Source: Chthoniobacterales bacterium
Lineage (GTDB): Bacteria; Verrucomicrobiota; Verrucomicrobiia; Chthoniobacterales; Chthoniobacteraceae
NCBI GenBank assembly: GCA_038207335.1
Contig: JBBQZX010000001.1
Coordinates: forward strand, 1-64,000
DNA: 64,000 nucleotides
Direction: 5' to 3'
This document shows positions 8,852 through 19,045 of the stretch, piece by piece. The translations under genes and the position numbers were made by a program. The notes below the pieces were generated by a model. That model saw only the letters and a program-made list of their open reading frames with translations. It made no database searches and was not told the DNA's origin. Positions within the stretch are counted from its first letter, which is position 1, and every line of letters starts with the position of its first letter.

Positions 8852-10216
8852 CTAGGCAGGCAGTGGCAGCACGAGGCCGAAGGTCGTCCCGTGGCCCTGC
8901 GTGGTCTGGAATTCTAGCGTGCCGCCGTGCCTTTCCATGATACGCATCGCGATGGAAAGCCCGAGGCCGGTGCCTGTCGGTTTGGTCGTGAAAAATGGAT
9001 CGAATAGCCGTTCCTGCACGTCCGCCGGAATGCCCGCGCCGGAATCCGCGACCTCCAGCACCGCAGTGTCTTGCAGCTTTCCTTCGAGCGTGATGCGATC
9101 CCGTCGCGTGCGGAGCACGATGCGCCCGTCGCGTCCGATGCTGTCCGCGGCGTTGCGCACGAGATTGATGAGCACTTGCTTGAGCTGCCTCTCATCCGCG
9201 CGGATTTGCATCTCGTCGCCATCCGTCTCGACCGTGAGGGCGATCGCTTTTTCCGCGAGTTCCGGCGCGAGCAACACGCGCGTTTGCTCGAGCAAAGTGC
9301 TCGGTTCGACAGCGCCGAGTTCGGGGTCGCTCGGCCGCGCAAAGAGCAGAAAATCCGAGACGATCCGCTCGAGTCGGTCGATCTCGCCATCAATCACCGT
9401 GAGGTCTTCATCGGCTTCCGTGCTTGTAACCACGTTCTGCCGCAGCATGTAGGCGCGCAGCTTGATCGCCGTGAGCGGGTTGCGAATTTCGTGCGCGACA
9501 CCAGCCGCGAGCACACCGAGCGAAGCGAGTTTTTCATGCCGCGCGGCGAGCGCCTGCGTTTCGATGAGCTGGGTGCGCAGCGGCGCGATGGTCTCCTGGA
9601 AAAAGATGCGCGCACCCCACGCGCCGACCGCGAGGACGGCCACGAGCCCAGCTGCGAAGATGGTTTCCAGCTTGCTGAGCGAGTGCTGACTTTCGCCCAA
9701 AAGATCGCCCAGCGCGTGGCGGTGCGCCTCGCCGAGACGCGCCCCGAGCGCGAACATCCGTTGCGCCGCCGTATCGAGCTGATGGATGCGGTTCGTCGCC
9801 GTGCCGCCACGCTCGCTGCGCTCTTTGCGGATGGCCTGCGCGACTGCGAGGTAGCGGTCGTATTCCACGTCGATGTCGGCGAGCGCGCTCCGCTCGGTAT
9901 CGGTATTCAGAGCGTCGCGTTGCTGGTCGATCCAGTCGTTGAGCGCCTCACTGTCTTGCTGGAAGCGGCTCCACTCATTCGTCCCGCCATTGAGCTCGGA
10001 GGCGAGCAGCAGCGAGTTGAGCTTCAGCACCCGGGACTGAAGCTGCTGCGCGATCTCAAAGCTCTCGAACTGCGCGCTGGTGAAGCGCCGGCGCAGCGTC
10101 GAAACCTCTCTCGACGCGGTGAAAGCCGACCACCCGACGAGCAGCAAAACGACGGCGATCGCCGAGCAAAAGGCGATAATGCGGCGACGCAGATCGGGAG
10201 TCATCGAGGCGTGCAC
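8852..10216 (-). CDS. Sensor histidine kinase (HisKA + HATPase)
   Basis: AHEIRNPL H-box, NLVRNA N-box, DSGAGI, FDPFFTTK, GTGLGL. Two TM segments flank a helical sensor domain. Confidence 0.95.
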   Translation of the reverse strand: MHASMTPDLRRRIIAFCSAIAVVLLLVGWSAFTASREVSTLRRRFTSAQFESFEIAQQLQSRVLKLNSLLLASELNGGTNEWSRFQQDSEALNDWIDQQRDALNTDTERSALADIDVEYDRYLAVAQAIRKERSERGGTATNRIHQLDTAAQRMFALGARLGEAHRHALGDLLGESQHSLSKLETIFAAGLVAVLAVGAWGARIFFQETIAPLRTQLIETQALAARHEKLASLGVLAAGVAHEIRNPLTAIKLRAYMLRQNVVTSTEADEDLTVIDGEIDRLERIVSDFLLFARPSDPELGAVEPSTLLEQTRVLLAPELAEKAIALTVETDGDEMQIRADERQLKQVLINLVRNAADSIGRDGRIVLRTRRDRITLEGKLQDTAVLEVADSGAGIPADVQERLFDPFFTTKPTGTGLGLSIAMRIMERHGGTLEFQTTQGHGTTFGLVLPLPA

Positions 10217-10231
10217 ATGGCCCCGCTGGTT

Positions 10232-10639
10232 TCAAGAGCTCGCGACCGGCGTCGCGAGCAACTCGCGGATGCGGCGCAGCAGCCGCGGGAGATCGAGCGG
10301 TTTCTCCATCAGCTCGACACTTGTCTCCCGCGCGAGCGCGCGCTGATCGGGCCGCGCGGTGATGATGACGATTGGCAGCGCGGGCGCGAGCGAGCGCAGA
10401 CCCGCGATCGTCCCCCAGCCATTCTGCACGGGCATATTCATGTCGATGAGCGCGAGTTCACACGGCTGCGCGCGAAACGCCGCGACCGCCTCGACGCCGT
10501 TGCTGGCGGTGATGACGCGATATTTCTCCGAGATCAGCACCGACCGCAGCCCGACGCGCACGGCCTCGTCGTCATCGACGACGAGGACCGTGTGCGCTGG
10601 TTGGGGCATTTCATGTTTGGGGGAAGGTTGATCGTTCAT
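10232..10639 (-). CDS. Single-domain response regulator (receiver only)
   Basis: VLVVDDD, LIDMNMP (phospho-Asp), ITA, EKP. Confidence 0.92.
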   Translation of the reverse strand: MNDQPSPKHEMPQPAHTVLVVDDDEAVRVGLRSVLISEKYRVITASNGVEAVAAFRAQPCELALIDMNMPVQNGWGTIAGLRSLAPALPIVIITARPDQRALARETSVELMEKPLDLPRLLRRIRELLATPVASS

Positions 10640-10642
10640 CGC

Positions 10643-10960
10643 TCAATCGGCGTTTGGTTTCGCATCCGAGTTCACCGCAGCTTTCGCCGCCTTTTTTCCT
10701 CCGCTTTTCTTGCCACTGGCTTTCGCCGGCGGAGCGTCCGCAGCCTCCTCATCTTGCTTGTGGTGATGATGATGGTGATTGCCAAAGCTGGGCTCTTTCG
10801 CGGGTTTCGAAAAGGCCGCGAAGGTTTCGCGCTTCGCCGGATGCGCGGCGCACCACTCGTATGCGATGAGCCCGAGGCCTGCCGCGATGACTGCGATCAC
10901 GGCGATGAGTTGCGGCGCGGCGGCGGCGCGGAGCGAGCGGGAGAGGTTCGGTCGTTTCAT
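10643..10960 (-). CDS. Small membrane-anchored protein with a His6 tract
   Basis: One TM segment, NHHHHHHK, Lys/Ala-rich tail. Ends 3 bp before the receiver gene. Confidence 0.6.
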   Translation of the reverse strand: MKRPNLSRSLRAAAAPQLIAVIAVIAAGLGLIAYEWCAAHPAKRETFAAFSKPAKEPSFGNHHHHHHKQDEEAADAPPAKASGKKSGGKKAAKAAVNSDAKPNAD

Positions 10961-11012
10961 GGGGATGCTTTGAAGGTCGCATACCCGCCGCTCTGCAGAA
11001 TCAGCCTCGCGC

Positions 11013-11046
11013 CCGAACGCGAATAGGCTCCGCGCCTATGGTTCGG
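11013..11046. promoter_or_regulatory. Intergenic inverted repeat (hairpin or dimeric regulator site)
   Basis: CCGAAC..ATAGGC-TCCGC-GCCTAT..GTTCGG, between the NarL-like gene and the His-tract gene. Confidence 0.35.
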
Positions 11047-11061
11047 AATCGGCGAACCCGG

Positions 11062-11724
11062 TTACAGCGGCCCTGATTCCACGAAGCGCACCGCTTGGCG
11101 GATCATCTCGGCGCTGGTCGTGAAGTTGAGCTTTTCCTTGATGTGGTCGCGATGCACCGAAACGGTTTTCGGGCTGAGATTGAGCTGCGCGGCGATCTCT
11201 TTTGCAGTCTTGCCTTCACCGAAAAGGCGGAACACTTCGAACTCGCGGTCGCTCAGTTTTTCCAGCGGCGAATTGCTCCCGCGAGGGCGCGCGGCCGCGA
11301 AGGATGCGAGTACTCGCGCGGCGAGATCTTCACTCAAATACACCTGCCCGCCGAGCACGCATCGGATCGCGGCGAGAAAGGTCGGGCCGTCCGCATCTTT
11401 CATCACGTAGCCCTTCGCGCCGGCTCGCAGTGCGCGCTCGGCGTAGAGCGTTTCGTCATGCATTGAGCAGACGAGAATCTTCAAGCCGGGCTGGATCGCG
11501 GCGAGGTCTTTGATCAGGTCGAGGCCGCCGCGGCCCGCCATCGTGAGATCCGTGACCAGGAGGTCCGGCCGCGCGCACTGGACGGCTTCTAGAGCCTCGG
11601 CCGCGCTCGTGGCAGTCGCGCAGACGGCTAGGCCGGGCGCGGCATCGAGCAGCAGCCGGTATCCGTCGAGCACCATCCGGTGGTCCTCCACGAGCAGGAT
11701 TAGCGAGTTCGGCTCGTCGCTCAT
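11062..11724 (-). CDS. NarL/LuxR-family response regulator
   Basis: LLVEDH...VTDLTM receiver and LSDREFEVF...LSPKTVSVHR HTH. Start ATG 11724 overlaps the kinase stop (ATGA). Confidence 0.95.
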   Translation of the reverse strand: MSDEPNSLILLVEDHRMVLDGYRLLLDAAPGLAVCATATSAAEALEAVQCARPDLLVTDLTMAGRGGLDLIKDLAAIQPGLKILVCSMHDETLYAERALRAGAKGYVMKDADGPTFLAAIRCVLGGQVYLSEDLAARVLASFAAARPRGSNSPLEKLSDREFEVFRLFGEGKTAKEIAAQLNLSPKTVSVHRDHIKEKLNFTTSAEMIRQAVRFVESGPL

Positions 11725-13097
11725 GCAGGCAGCTTCACGCGGCATCGGATACGCGTCCCGCCGGCGGGCGGCGAGCCGATTTCCAGCGCGCCGCCGATGA
11801 GCTGAGCGCGGTGTCGCATCGCGCGCAGACCGATGCCGCGCGTCGGCGGGGCATCGTCGGAAATGCCGTCGCCGTCGTCTTCCACCTCGAGCATCAGCAC
11901 GCCGCTTTGTTGTTCGAAGCCGACGCGGATTTCCGCAGGCGCGGCATGCTTGAGCGCGTTCGTTACCGCCTCCTGCGCGATGCGAAAAAGATGTCCTGCA
12001 GTCTCCGCATCGACTGGGCGCATCGGCTCCTCGCACTCGAAGATGCAGCGCAGCCCCGAGCTGAGAGCGGTCGCCTCGCAGAGCCGCTTCAGCGCGTATC
12101 GGAGCGCATCGTCCTCGAGCGCGACGGGGGCGAGTCCGTGGGAAAGCGCGCGCACTTCGGCCATCGTTTCACGCAGTTGACGCCCGAGATTTTCCGCCTG
12201 CGCAGCTAGCTGTGGAGCGGTCGGAGTCAGTGCGACGACGAGTCCATTCGTGGCGAGCGAAGCCGCGGTGAGCTGCTGTCCTACGCCATCGTGAAGGTCT
12301 GTGCCGATGCGCCGCCGCTCGCGCTCCGAGCTCTCCAAAATCTCGCGTTCCAGCCGAAGCCGCTCCGCATCGCGCTCCTCCAGTCGCACCGACATCTCCG
12401 AAAATGCGACGGACAAATTTCGCACTTCGTCGCCGCCGGGAATCGCATCGATGCGGCTCGCGCGGCCTTCGCCGAAGTCGCGCACCGCCCGCGCGAGCCG
12501 CTCGAGGCGCAGCGTGAAGCCGAAGTGCAGCGCGGCCCACAGGCAGAAGCAGAGCAGCGCAATTGCGGAAGCGACCCAGCGCAATTGGCGCCGCGCGTCG
12601 GTGCGTGCTTGCGCTGCGGCATCCGCGCGATCGAAGCCGACTAGCATCCAGCCCGTGCCGCGCACACCCATCGCCACCGGATATGCGCCAAAGACGCGCG
12701 CCTCATCCGCGCGCTGCGTTTCGTCCGCGCCGGGATCCCGTGCGATCACCATCGCTGGCGCGAGCAACGTCTCGCTCGCCTCGCGGCCCTGAAGTTGGTT
12801 TTCCGAGTCCGCAATCACGATGCCGGATGGGTCCACGAGCGTGGCGAAAGTGAGCCACGGTTCGTCCGCCCAAGCCGCCAAATCCTCCGCGGCTCTCTGC
12901 GTCTCGTCGTTCGCGAAACGGTACTCACACAGCGTTGCGAGGCGGTGGCCGGTTGCTTCGGCCTGCGCAGCGACGTCGTCGAAATTGCGCGCAAGATCGT
13001 TGGCTAGGTTGAGTTCATAATCGAACCACGTGGCCGCAAGGCCGAAAATCAGGACGAGCAGCGGCGCGTAATATCTGGCGGGTGGCGGGAAGCACAT
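11721..13097 (-). CDS. NarX-like sensor kinase (HAMP, HisKA_3, HATPase)
   Basis: ERRRIGTDLHDGVGQ, FRIAQEAVTNALKHA, EDDGDG, GIGLRAM. Confidence 0.93.
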   Translation of the reverse strand: MCFPPPARYYAPLLVLIFGLAATWFDYELNLANDLARNFDDVAAQAEATGHRLATLCEYRFANDETQRAAEDLAAWADEPWLTFATLVDPSGIVIADSENQLQGREASETLLAPAMVIARDPGADETQRADEARVFGAYPVAMGVRGTGWMLVGFDRADAAAQARTDARRQLRWVASAIALLCFCLWAALHFGFTLRLERLARAVRDFGEGRASRIDAIPGGDEVRNLSVAFSEMSVRLEERDAERLRLEREILESSERERRRIGTDLHDGVGQQLTAASLATNGLVVALTPTAPQLAAQAENLGRQLRETMAEVRALSHGLAPVALEDDALRYALKRLCEATALSSGLRCIFECEEPMRPVDAETAGHLFRIAQEAVTNALKHAAPAEIRVGFEQQSGVLMLEVEDDGDGISDDAPPTRGIGLRAMRHRAQLIGGALEIGSPPAGGTRIRCRVKLPA

Positions 13098-13100
13098 GGT

Positions 13101-14123
13101 CTAACGAGAGAGTGCAAGACCGGCGTAGAAATCAACGTATCGGCGGATGAGCGCGGGCCATGCAAACTCGGAATGCGTCCAGTGCGAGAGCGTGGCGCGC
13201 GCGGCGGCATCGGCGCGATCGTCCTGAAAGAAGCGGGTGAGTGCGGAGCGGATGCTTTCGAGCGTCGGATCGCACAGGTAGGCGTGCTGGTCGGCGAGAT
13301 AATCGGCCCACGGAGTCGCGGTCGTGGTGAGCGCGGGAGTGCCGACCTGACAGGCTTCGAGGACTGCGAGGCCGAAGTTTTCGGAGTGGCTCGGGAGACA
13401 GAAAAGATCGGCGGCTTGAAAATATTTCCAGCGCCCGACGCCCCAAATTTCGCCGAGCCAATCGACGCGCGGCAGGCGCGCTGCGAGATCGGCAGCAAGC
13501 GCTTTCAGGCCATCGACGCAGGCTGCCTCTCCGCCGCCGACGATGACGAGTCGCGTGGCCGGAGGCAGCGTGATCGTGGCCAGCGCGCGGAGCAGGAGAT
13601 CGAGACCTTTCTTTTCGTGGATTCGTGAGAGGAAAAGCAGCACGCGCTCCTCCGCGCGCCAGCCGAGAGCAGCGCGCGCGGCTTCGCAATCCGGTCCTGC
13701 ATCGCCGAGCAATCCGAGCGGCAGCGACGCGGAGCGCTGGCCGGGAATCATTTGCCGGAGCCGATCCGCTTCGGGTTCCGCGGTTGCGAGGAGGGCGGCG
13801 GCGCGTGACAGGAAGCGCTTTTCGACGAGATGAAAATAGGGCCACTTTTTCCACCAGCGATGCCGCCACGCCCACTCCTCCAACATTCCGTGCGGCGAGA
13901 CGACATACGGGATTCTGCGCCGCCGACATTCGCGCGCGATCGGCAGAAACGCTGGCTGCCAGAGGCCGTGAAAATGGACGACGTGCGCGCCGCCATCGTC
14001 GTCGGGAAGCCGGTCATCGACCTCGACGCCGGTCGCGCGTAGCGCGACGCGGAGGCTATGGATCGCGGCGTCGATGCCGCCGACTCGCTGCGCGGGAGGG
14101 GGCTCGAAAAAGTGGAGTTTCAT
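13101..14123 (-). CDS. GT4 glycosyltransferase
   Basis: SPHGML, LSRIHEKKG, ENFGLAVLEA (Ex7E). Confidence 0.92.
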   Translation of the reverse strand: MKLHFFEPPPAQRVGGIDAAIHSLRVALRATGVEVDDRLPDDDGGAHVVHFHGLWQPAFLPIARECRRRRIPYVVSPHGMLEEWAWRHRWWKKWPYFHLVEKRFLSRAAALLATAEPEADRLRQMIPGQRSASLPLGLLGDAGPDCEAARAALGWRAEERVLLFLSRIHEKKGLDLLLRALATITLPPATRLVIVGGGEAACVDGLKALAADLAARLPRVDWLGEIWGVGRWKYFQAADLFCLPSHSENFGLAVLEACQVGTPALTTTATPWADYLADQHAYLCDPTLESIRSALTRFFQDDRADAAARATLSHWTHSEFAWPALIRRYVDFYAGLALSR

Positions 14124-15277
14124 CGTGAGGCGGCGTCGCTCGCCTCGCGATAGAGCGCCTCGTAGCTCGCCGCCATCTTCTCGAATGAATACTCGTCCTG
14201 CGCCAATGCGCGCGCCGCCGCGCCGCGCTCGGCGAGCGTTTTTCTGTCGGTGATCTCCGCGAGCCAGCGAGCGTCCGCGCTGACGGAGATCGAGTTGCTG
14301 GAGTTAAGGAACGGCATCTCGGCGAGCAGGTTTTCCGTGATCGCGCACGGCAGCGCGGCAGACATCGCTTCGAGGATCGCGAGCGGGAGGCCTTCAAAGT
14401 CGGCGGTGTGGAGAAACACATCGGCCGCGAGCAGGAGCGATGGCACGTCGGCCTGCCACGCGAGCCGTGTGATCGTCCCGGAAAGCCTGCTGGCGTTGAC
14501 TTCACGGTCCCAACTCTCCGCGAGCGCACCATCGCCGATCCAAAGAATCCGCGCGCTAGGATACGCTGTGAGAAGACGTTTCGCGTGTTCGAGGAAGAGG
14601 AGGGGACGCTTTTGCGGGACCATGCGGCCGACTCCGATGACGACCAGCGCGGTGGCGTCGATGCCGAGTTCCGCGCGCTTCGCCACGCGGACGGCAGCGC
14701 GTTGGGATAGGTCGAAAAGCGGTACACCGTTCGCGATGGTGCGGAGCCGCGGGGAATCGCCGAGGAACGCTGCGAGATCGTCGCGGCGCTGCGCAAGGAC
14801 GCTGATGAGCATGCCCGAGTACGCGTTCAACGCGCGGCGGGAAACGAGATCGCGCGGCGCGGCGAAACGAGCGCGGAGGTATCGCGCGGATTGCGTGAGA
14901 TGAATCGTGCAGAGGCTCGGAATTCCCGCGAGTCGCAGGGCGTGCAGGAGGTCGAGCCCGTCCTCGAGATTCTGTTTGTTCAGGTGGATGAAATCGAATC
15001 CGCCGCGCCGCCAATCGTCGGAAACTCGCCGCGCGGTCTGTAGGTCGAATGCGCTGGCGATCGAGCGCCCGAGCCGATCGTAGGTGTTTGTGTAGTTGGC
15101 GCGGATGGTTTTGCCGATGTTGGAAAAGGAGGCGCAGAGCTCGTCCATCCGCGGATGGGACGAAGCCCACAGCGCGACTTCGTGGCCGCGTGTGGTGAGG
15201 GCGCTGGCGAGGTACGGGAGGAAAAGTTCGCCGCCTCCGCGAGAGCCGGAACTGCTGCTGACGAGGAGGATTTTCAT
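14120..15277 (-). CDS. GT4 glycosyltransferase
   Basis: RGGGE N-terminus, GRMVPQKR, EGLPLAILEAM. Start set at MKILLV (15277). Confidence 0.9.
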   Translation of the reverse strand: MKILLVSSSSGSRGGGELFLPYLASALTTRGHEVALWASSHPRMDELCASFSNIGKTIRANYTNTYDRLGRSIASAFDLQTARRVSDDWRRGGFDFIHLNKQNLEDGLDLLHALRLAGIPSLCTIHLTQSARYLRARFAAPRDLVSRRALNAYSGMLISVLAQRRDDLAAFLGDSPRLRTIANGVPLFDLSQRAAVRVAKRAELGIDATALVVIGVGRMVPQKRPLLFLEHAKRLLTAYPSARILWIGDGALAESWDREVNASRLSGTITRLAWQADVPSLLLAADVFLHTADFEGLPLAILEAMSAALPCAITENLLAEMPFLNSSNSISVSADARWLAEITDRKTLAERGAAARALAQDEYSFEKMAASYEALYREASDAASR

Positions 15278-16329
15278 CTGGCCAAAACCGTTTCGATTGC
15301 CTCCACCCATTTCGCCGCACCCGCCTCCGGTGTCCATGAATCCGCTTTCCGACGGGACGCATCGCCCCAATCGGCGAGGCGCGCCCGATTGTCGATGCAG
15401 CGCCGCATCGCGGCTGCGAGGGCGGCGATGTCGCCGGCAGGAAAGGTGAGTCCATTCACCTCTGGCTCGACGAGATCGTGCGCCGCGCCGACGGCCTCGG
15501 AGCAGAGGATCGGCAACCCAGCGCCAAGTGCCTGGTTCACGACCACGCCCCAGCCGTCATGCCGGCTCGGGAGCACAAAAACGTCGGCTTTTGAAAAAAA
15601 GCTTGCAAGGTCGCGCGGTGACTGAAAACCCACAAACTCAATGCGGGAGAGGGTTTCCGAGCGCAGCCTTGCAAAGAGCGATGGCAAATCCGCCTCCCGT
15701 CCGACGAGCAGGAGTCGGGCGTGCTCGAGCGGCTCGAATGCTGCGAGGAGCAGGTCGATTCCTTTGCGCGCGATCATTTGCCCGCAAAATAGAAACGTGA
15801 CGAACTCGCGCGGAGGCGGTCGCGGCGCGGTAAGGAATGGGGCGAGATCGCAGTGATAGGGGATGCAAAAGTTGCGGGGCTCTGGAAAGCGCCGGCGGTA
15901 TGCGCCCTGCGCGACCGTGCCGATCGCGGCGATGCCATCGGCGCGATGCACGGGCGCGCTCAGCATGTCGTGCAGGTGACCGCATCCGGTGAGTCGCTCG
16001 CCCCAGAATATCCACGGCAGCGTGCGCAGCCTCGCACGCATGATCCACTGCGCCGTGAGCGACATGAGTGTGTTCATCACGACGATGTCGAAGCGGCGCA
16101 AATCAGGCGGCAAGTTGAGATGCACGCGCGCGCCGCCGAGTTGCAGCCATGTGCCTCGCAAAATGGATTCCCAGCTCGCAAGCGGTTCCGACGGCCAGGG
16201 CGAATCGGGCGATTCGCGCTCGAGATAATACACGCGTAGATCGACTTCCGGCCGCTCTGCGAGCGCGCGAAAGAGATCGCGCTGATACGGCGACGGGACG
16301 ACGGAAACGAACGCGACGCGGATGCTCAC
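15274..16329 (-). CDS. GT4 glycosyltransferase
   Basis: PSPYQ, GQMIARKG, DGWGVVVNQAL. Start set at GTG 16329; the longer 889-aa ORF call overlaps the next gene. Confidence 0.88.
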   Translation of the reverse strand: MSIRVAFVSVVPSPYQRDLFRALAERPEVDLRVYYLERESPDSPWPSEPLASWESILRGTWLQLGGARVHLNLPPDLRRFDIVVMNTLMSLTAQWIMRARLRTLPWIFWGERLTGCGHLHDMLSAPVHRADGIAAIGTVAQGAYRRRFPEPRNFCIPYHCDLAPFLTAPRPPPREFVTFLFCGQMIARKGIDLLLAAFEPLEHARLLLVGREADLPSLFARLRSETLSRIEFVGFQSPRDLASFFSKADVFVLPSRHDGWGVVVNQALGAGLPILCSEAVGAAHDLVEPEVNGLTFPAGDIAALAAAMRRCIDNRARLADWGDASRRKADSWTPEAGAAKWVEAIETVLAR

Positions 16330-16343
16330 TTGCGTGCCGCGGA

Positions 16344-17918
16344 TCAAGGCCGGCGCTGGGGCGCGGGAGTTTTTGGAGCGGGCCGCAGGGTTGCGTAGCG
16401 CGGCTTGGCGGGATGGGGATGCAGGATTTTGCGCGTGAGCTTGCTCACGCCGGCGCCCGCCTTTGGAAGAGCGTAATAGGCGACGAAAATGCACGCACCG
16501 ACCGGCAGGAGCGATGTCGTGAAGGCAAACATGCTGCGCATTGTGATTACGGCGGCGAGGAAACCGGTGGCATAAATGAGGATGCCGACTTCGGAGTTTC
16601 GCGAAGAGGCAAAGTGATTCCACCAGCCGGCGAACGCGCCGAGTGCGAGTGCAATCCCGATGACTCCGACAAAGCCGCCCGAAATGTAAGCTTCGCCCGC
16701 AAATGTAACCGCGATGGTGACAGTTCCATGAAAGCCCATGATGTCTTCGATCGAAATCGACATGCCGACCGGCTTGCCCGGCCACAGAAAGCGCGGGACT
16801 GGTCGGATGACGGCGAGATACGGGATTTCGATCCCGAGATAGTTGTGCTGCGAGGGGAAGAACGAGGCGACGGAAGCCATGTTCAGCAAGTTGTAATCGA
16901 CGAATACGTACTCGCGCTGCAGCTCGCCGGAGTAATCCTCGCGCTCGCCCTCCAGCCAGCGCGTGAGGCCCATCGAGCGGAACTGCAACATAAAGTGCGT
17001 GGCGATCACCATCGCGGCAGCGACCGCGCCCGCGGTGAGCACCAGCCGCAAGCGCTTTTGAGGCGGTGTGGCAAAGCCGAAACCGACGAGAAAATTCACG
17101 AGATACGTGCCAAAGAGATTTCGTGTGCCGCTGGCGAAGCCGTAAAAAAACGTGAAGAGCACGATGGCTGCGACGGGCACTAGCTTGAAAAGCGAGTAGC
17201 GCTCGTAGCGTGCGAGCATCGCTCCGCCGAGCGCGGGGATTAGGAAGATCAAAAGCGACAGTTCGCTGAACGCGGCGCGCCAATCGCCGAGTTGTGCACG
17301 CTGCCAAGGCTGTGAAAAGCGCGGGTCCATCATCGCCTTCGTCATGACCGCCACGTCCCAGCCAGAGCAGGCGAGCATGTAAAAATATCCGAGCGCGACG
17401 GCGATCCAAAATAACGCGAGAAGCCGCCAGATCGGGGCTTCGCGCGTCATAAGCGACTCGAACGGCTGCCGCTTCAAGCGCACGAGGTGGCGCCCGAGCA
17501 TCAAGCCGCCGAACGCGAGATAGACGATGTAAAGCGCGCGCTCGGTCGCGGCGAGGCCGACCATGCCGTCGTAGAGCGGCTGGGGAAATAGGAACTCCCA
17601 GAGCGTGAGGTAATAGTAGGTCGCGAGCGCAAGCATGTCGGCCCGGATGAGGTTTTTCAGGCCGCGCCGCGCGTCGATCAGGACGCCAGCGCCGATGCTG
17701 ACGGCGACACCGATGGCAGCGTTGTGTGCAAGCCCGGAGGCCGACTGGCTCGAGTTCACTATCGCGAGAATCACGAGCCCGAAGATGGAGGCGAACGTTG
17801 CCGCAGGACTCGCGGCCGGTGGCCAGTCGTCTCGCGGCGGCTCCGTTGAGACATCCGGCTGACGACCGCGCCACGGAGGCGGATCGTGACGACGGGTGGG
17901 TTGCGAAAAGGCGTTCAT
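16344..17918 (-). CDS. Multi-TM Wzy-like polysaccharide polymerase
   Basis: About 10 TM segments, SGTRN, a periplasmic loop with RPVPRFLWPGKP, and GEAYISGG. Lies inside the GT operon. Confidence 0.7.
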   Translation of the reverse strand: MNAFSQPTRRHDPPPWRGRQPDVSTEPPRDDWPPAASPAATFASIFGLVILAIVNSSQSASGLAHNAAIGVAVSIGAGVLIDARRGLKNLIRADMLALATYYYLTLWEFLFPQPLYDGMVGLAATERALYIVYLAFGGLMLGRHLVRLKRQPFESLMTREAPIWRLLALFWIAVALGYFYMLACSGWDVAVMTKAMMDPRFSQPWQRAQLGDWRAAFSELSLLIFLIPALGGAMLARYERYSLFKLVPVAAIVLFTFFYGFASGTRNLFGTYLVNFLVGFGFATPPQKRLRLVLTAGAVAAAMVIATHFMLQFRSMGLTRWLEGEREDYSGELQREYVFVDYNLLNMASVASFFPSQHNYLGIEIPYLAVIRPVPRFLWPGKPVGMSISIEDIMGFHGTVTIAVTFAGEAYISGGFVGVIGIALALGAFAGWWNHFASSRNSEVGILIYATGFLAAVITMRSMFAFTTSLLPVGACIFVAYYALPKAGAGVSKLTRKILHPHPAKPRYATLRPAPKTPAPQRRP

Positions 17919-19045
17919 GCGAGGCTTGCCTGGCTGAGCGCAAGAAGCGTGCGCGCAGGATGGGACCAAGGGAAACTTTCCCTCACATCGGGTCGATCCG
18001 CTGCCCACCACGAGAGCTCCTCTTCGAGCGCGTGAGGATCGAGCGCTGGGAAAACCGAGCCGTTCTCGCGATGGCGCACGAGGTCTCTGCCGCCCACGCG
18101 GTCGCTCACGATGCACGGCATCCCGCAACTCAGGGCCTGTGGCACGACGAGGCCAAAGCCCTCCTCGAGAGAGGGGAGCACGAGGACAGAGCCAGTCCGG
18201 AACGCCTCTGCCAGAGCCGATTGCGAGACAGGGCCATGGAAATGGACGGGTGTCGCGCCACGGTAGTCGGCGAAGTCCCGCTCCGCCTCCTCGAGCCGTG
18301 CACCATAAAAATCGACCTGCCAGTCGGAGCGCGCGGCGATTGTCAGCGCATCGAGCAGCGTCTTGATTCCCTTTCTCAATCCTGCCTGCCCCGCGAAGAC
18401 GATTTTGAACCGCTCGCGAGGTGCAGGATTAACTGGAGGATGAAAAATGCGGCTGTCCGCGCCGTACGGCACAACCCAGATTTTTGCGGGTGGGATTCCG
18501 ATGGAGATGAGCTGATCGCGCACGATGGTCGAGGCGGCGCAGTGCCAGTGGGCGAGCGCATATTCCTCATCTTCGCGGGCGAAATATGCGTGGTCGTACG
18601 GGCACACATTACTGAGCCGCAGGCCGACCCGCGCGTACTCGGGCTCCATGATTTTGACCCACTCGCGCACCGGCCCTGTCGCGTGATTCAGCACGGTTTG
18701 CACACCGATTCGCCGCGCCGCACGGAACGACTCCAGACACTGCCCCGGCATCGCGTGAAGAAAATTGCACGACTCGAGATTGCGCGCGACGGCGCGATCA
18801 AAGCCGTGATCCTGCCACAGGAAAAGCGCGCGGGAGCCCGGACGGAACTTCGCGGGAAGCAGCTTCAACATGCCATAAACGAGAGTCGTTCTGAAGCTGT
18901 GAGTCCGCGTGGGTAGAGCACTTTCGGGGGGCAGCTTCCATGTGGGATACCCGGAATGATAACAGCCGAGCGCGTTCAAATCCGCGAGACCTGAGGCGAG
19001 TGGGTGGAGGTGGCACGGGTTGGTTGCGGAAATGGAGATCTTCAT
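17915..19045 (-). CDS. GT4 glycosyltransferase
   Basis: VFAGQAGLRKG, EEGFGLVVPQAL. Start MKISIS (19045). Confidence 0.9.
   Translation of the reverse strand: MKISISATNPCHLHPLASGLADLNALGCYHSGYPTWKLPPESALPTRTHSFRTTLVYGMLKLLPAKFRPGSRALFLWQDHGFDRAVARNLESCNFLHAMPGQCLESFRAARRIGVQTVLNHATGPVREWVKIMEPEYARVGLRLSNVCPYDHAYFAREDEEYALAHWHCAASTIVRDQLISIGIPPAKIWVVPYGADSRIFHPPVNPAPRERFKIVFAGQAGLRKGIKTLLDALTIAARSDWQVDFYGARLEEAERDFADYRGATPVHFHGPVSQSALAEAFRTGSVLVLPSLEEGFGLVVPQALSCGMPCIVSDRVGGRDLVRHRENGSVFPALDPHALEEELSWWAADRPDVRESFPWSHPARTLLALSQASLA

Noticed and set aside
16330..17943. 889-aa ORF 15274-17943 as a fused giant glycosyltransferase
   Set aside because: The N-terminal ~540 aa are an Arg-rich off-frame reading of the Wzy-like gene. 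The GT starts near 16329.
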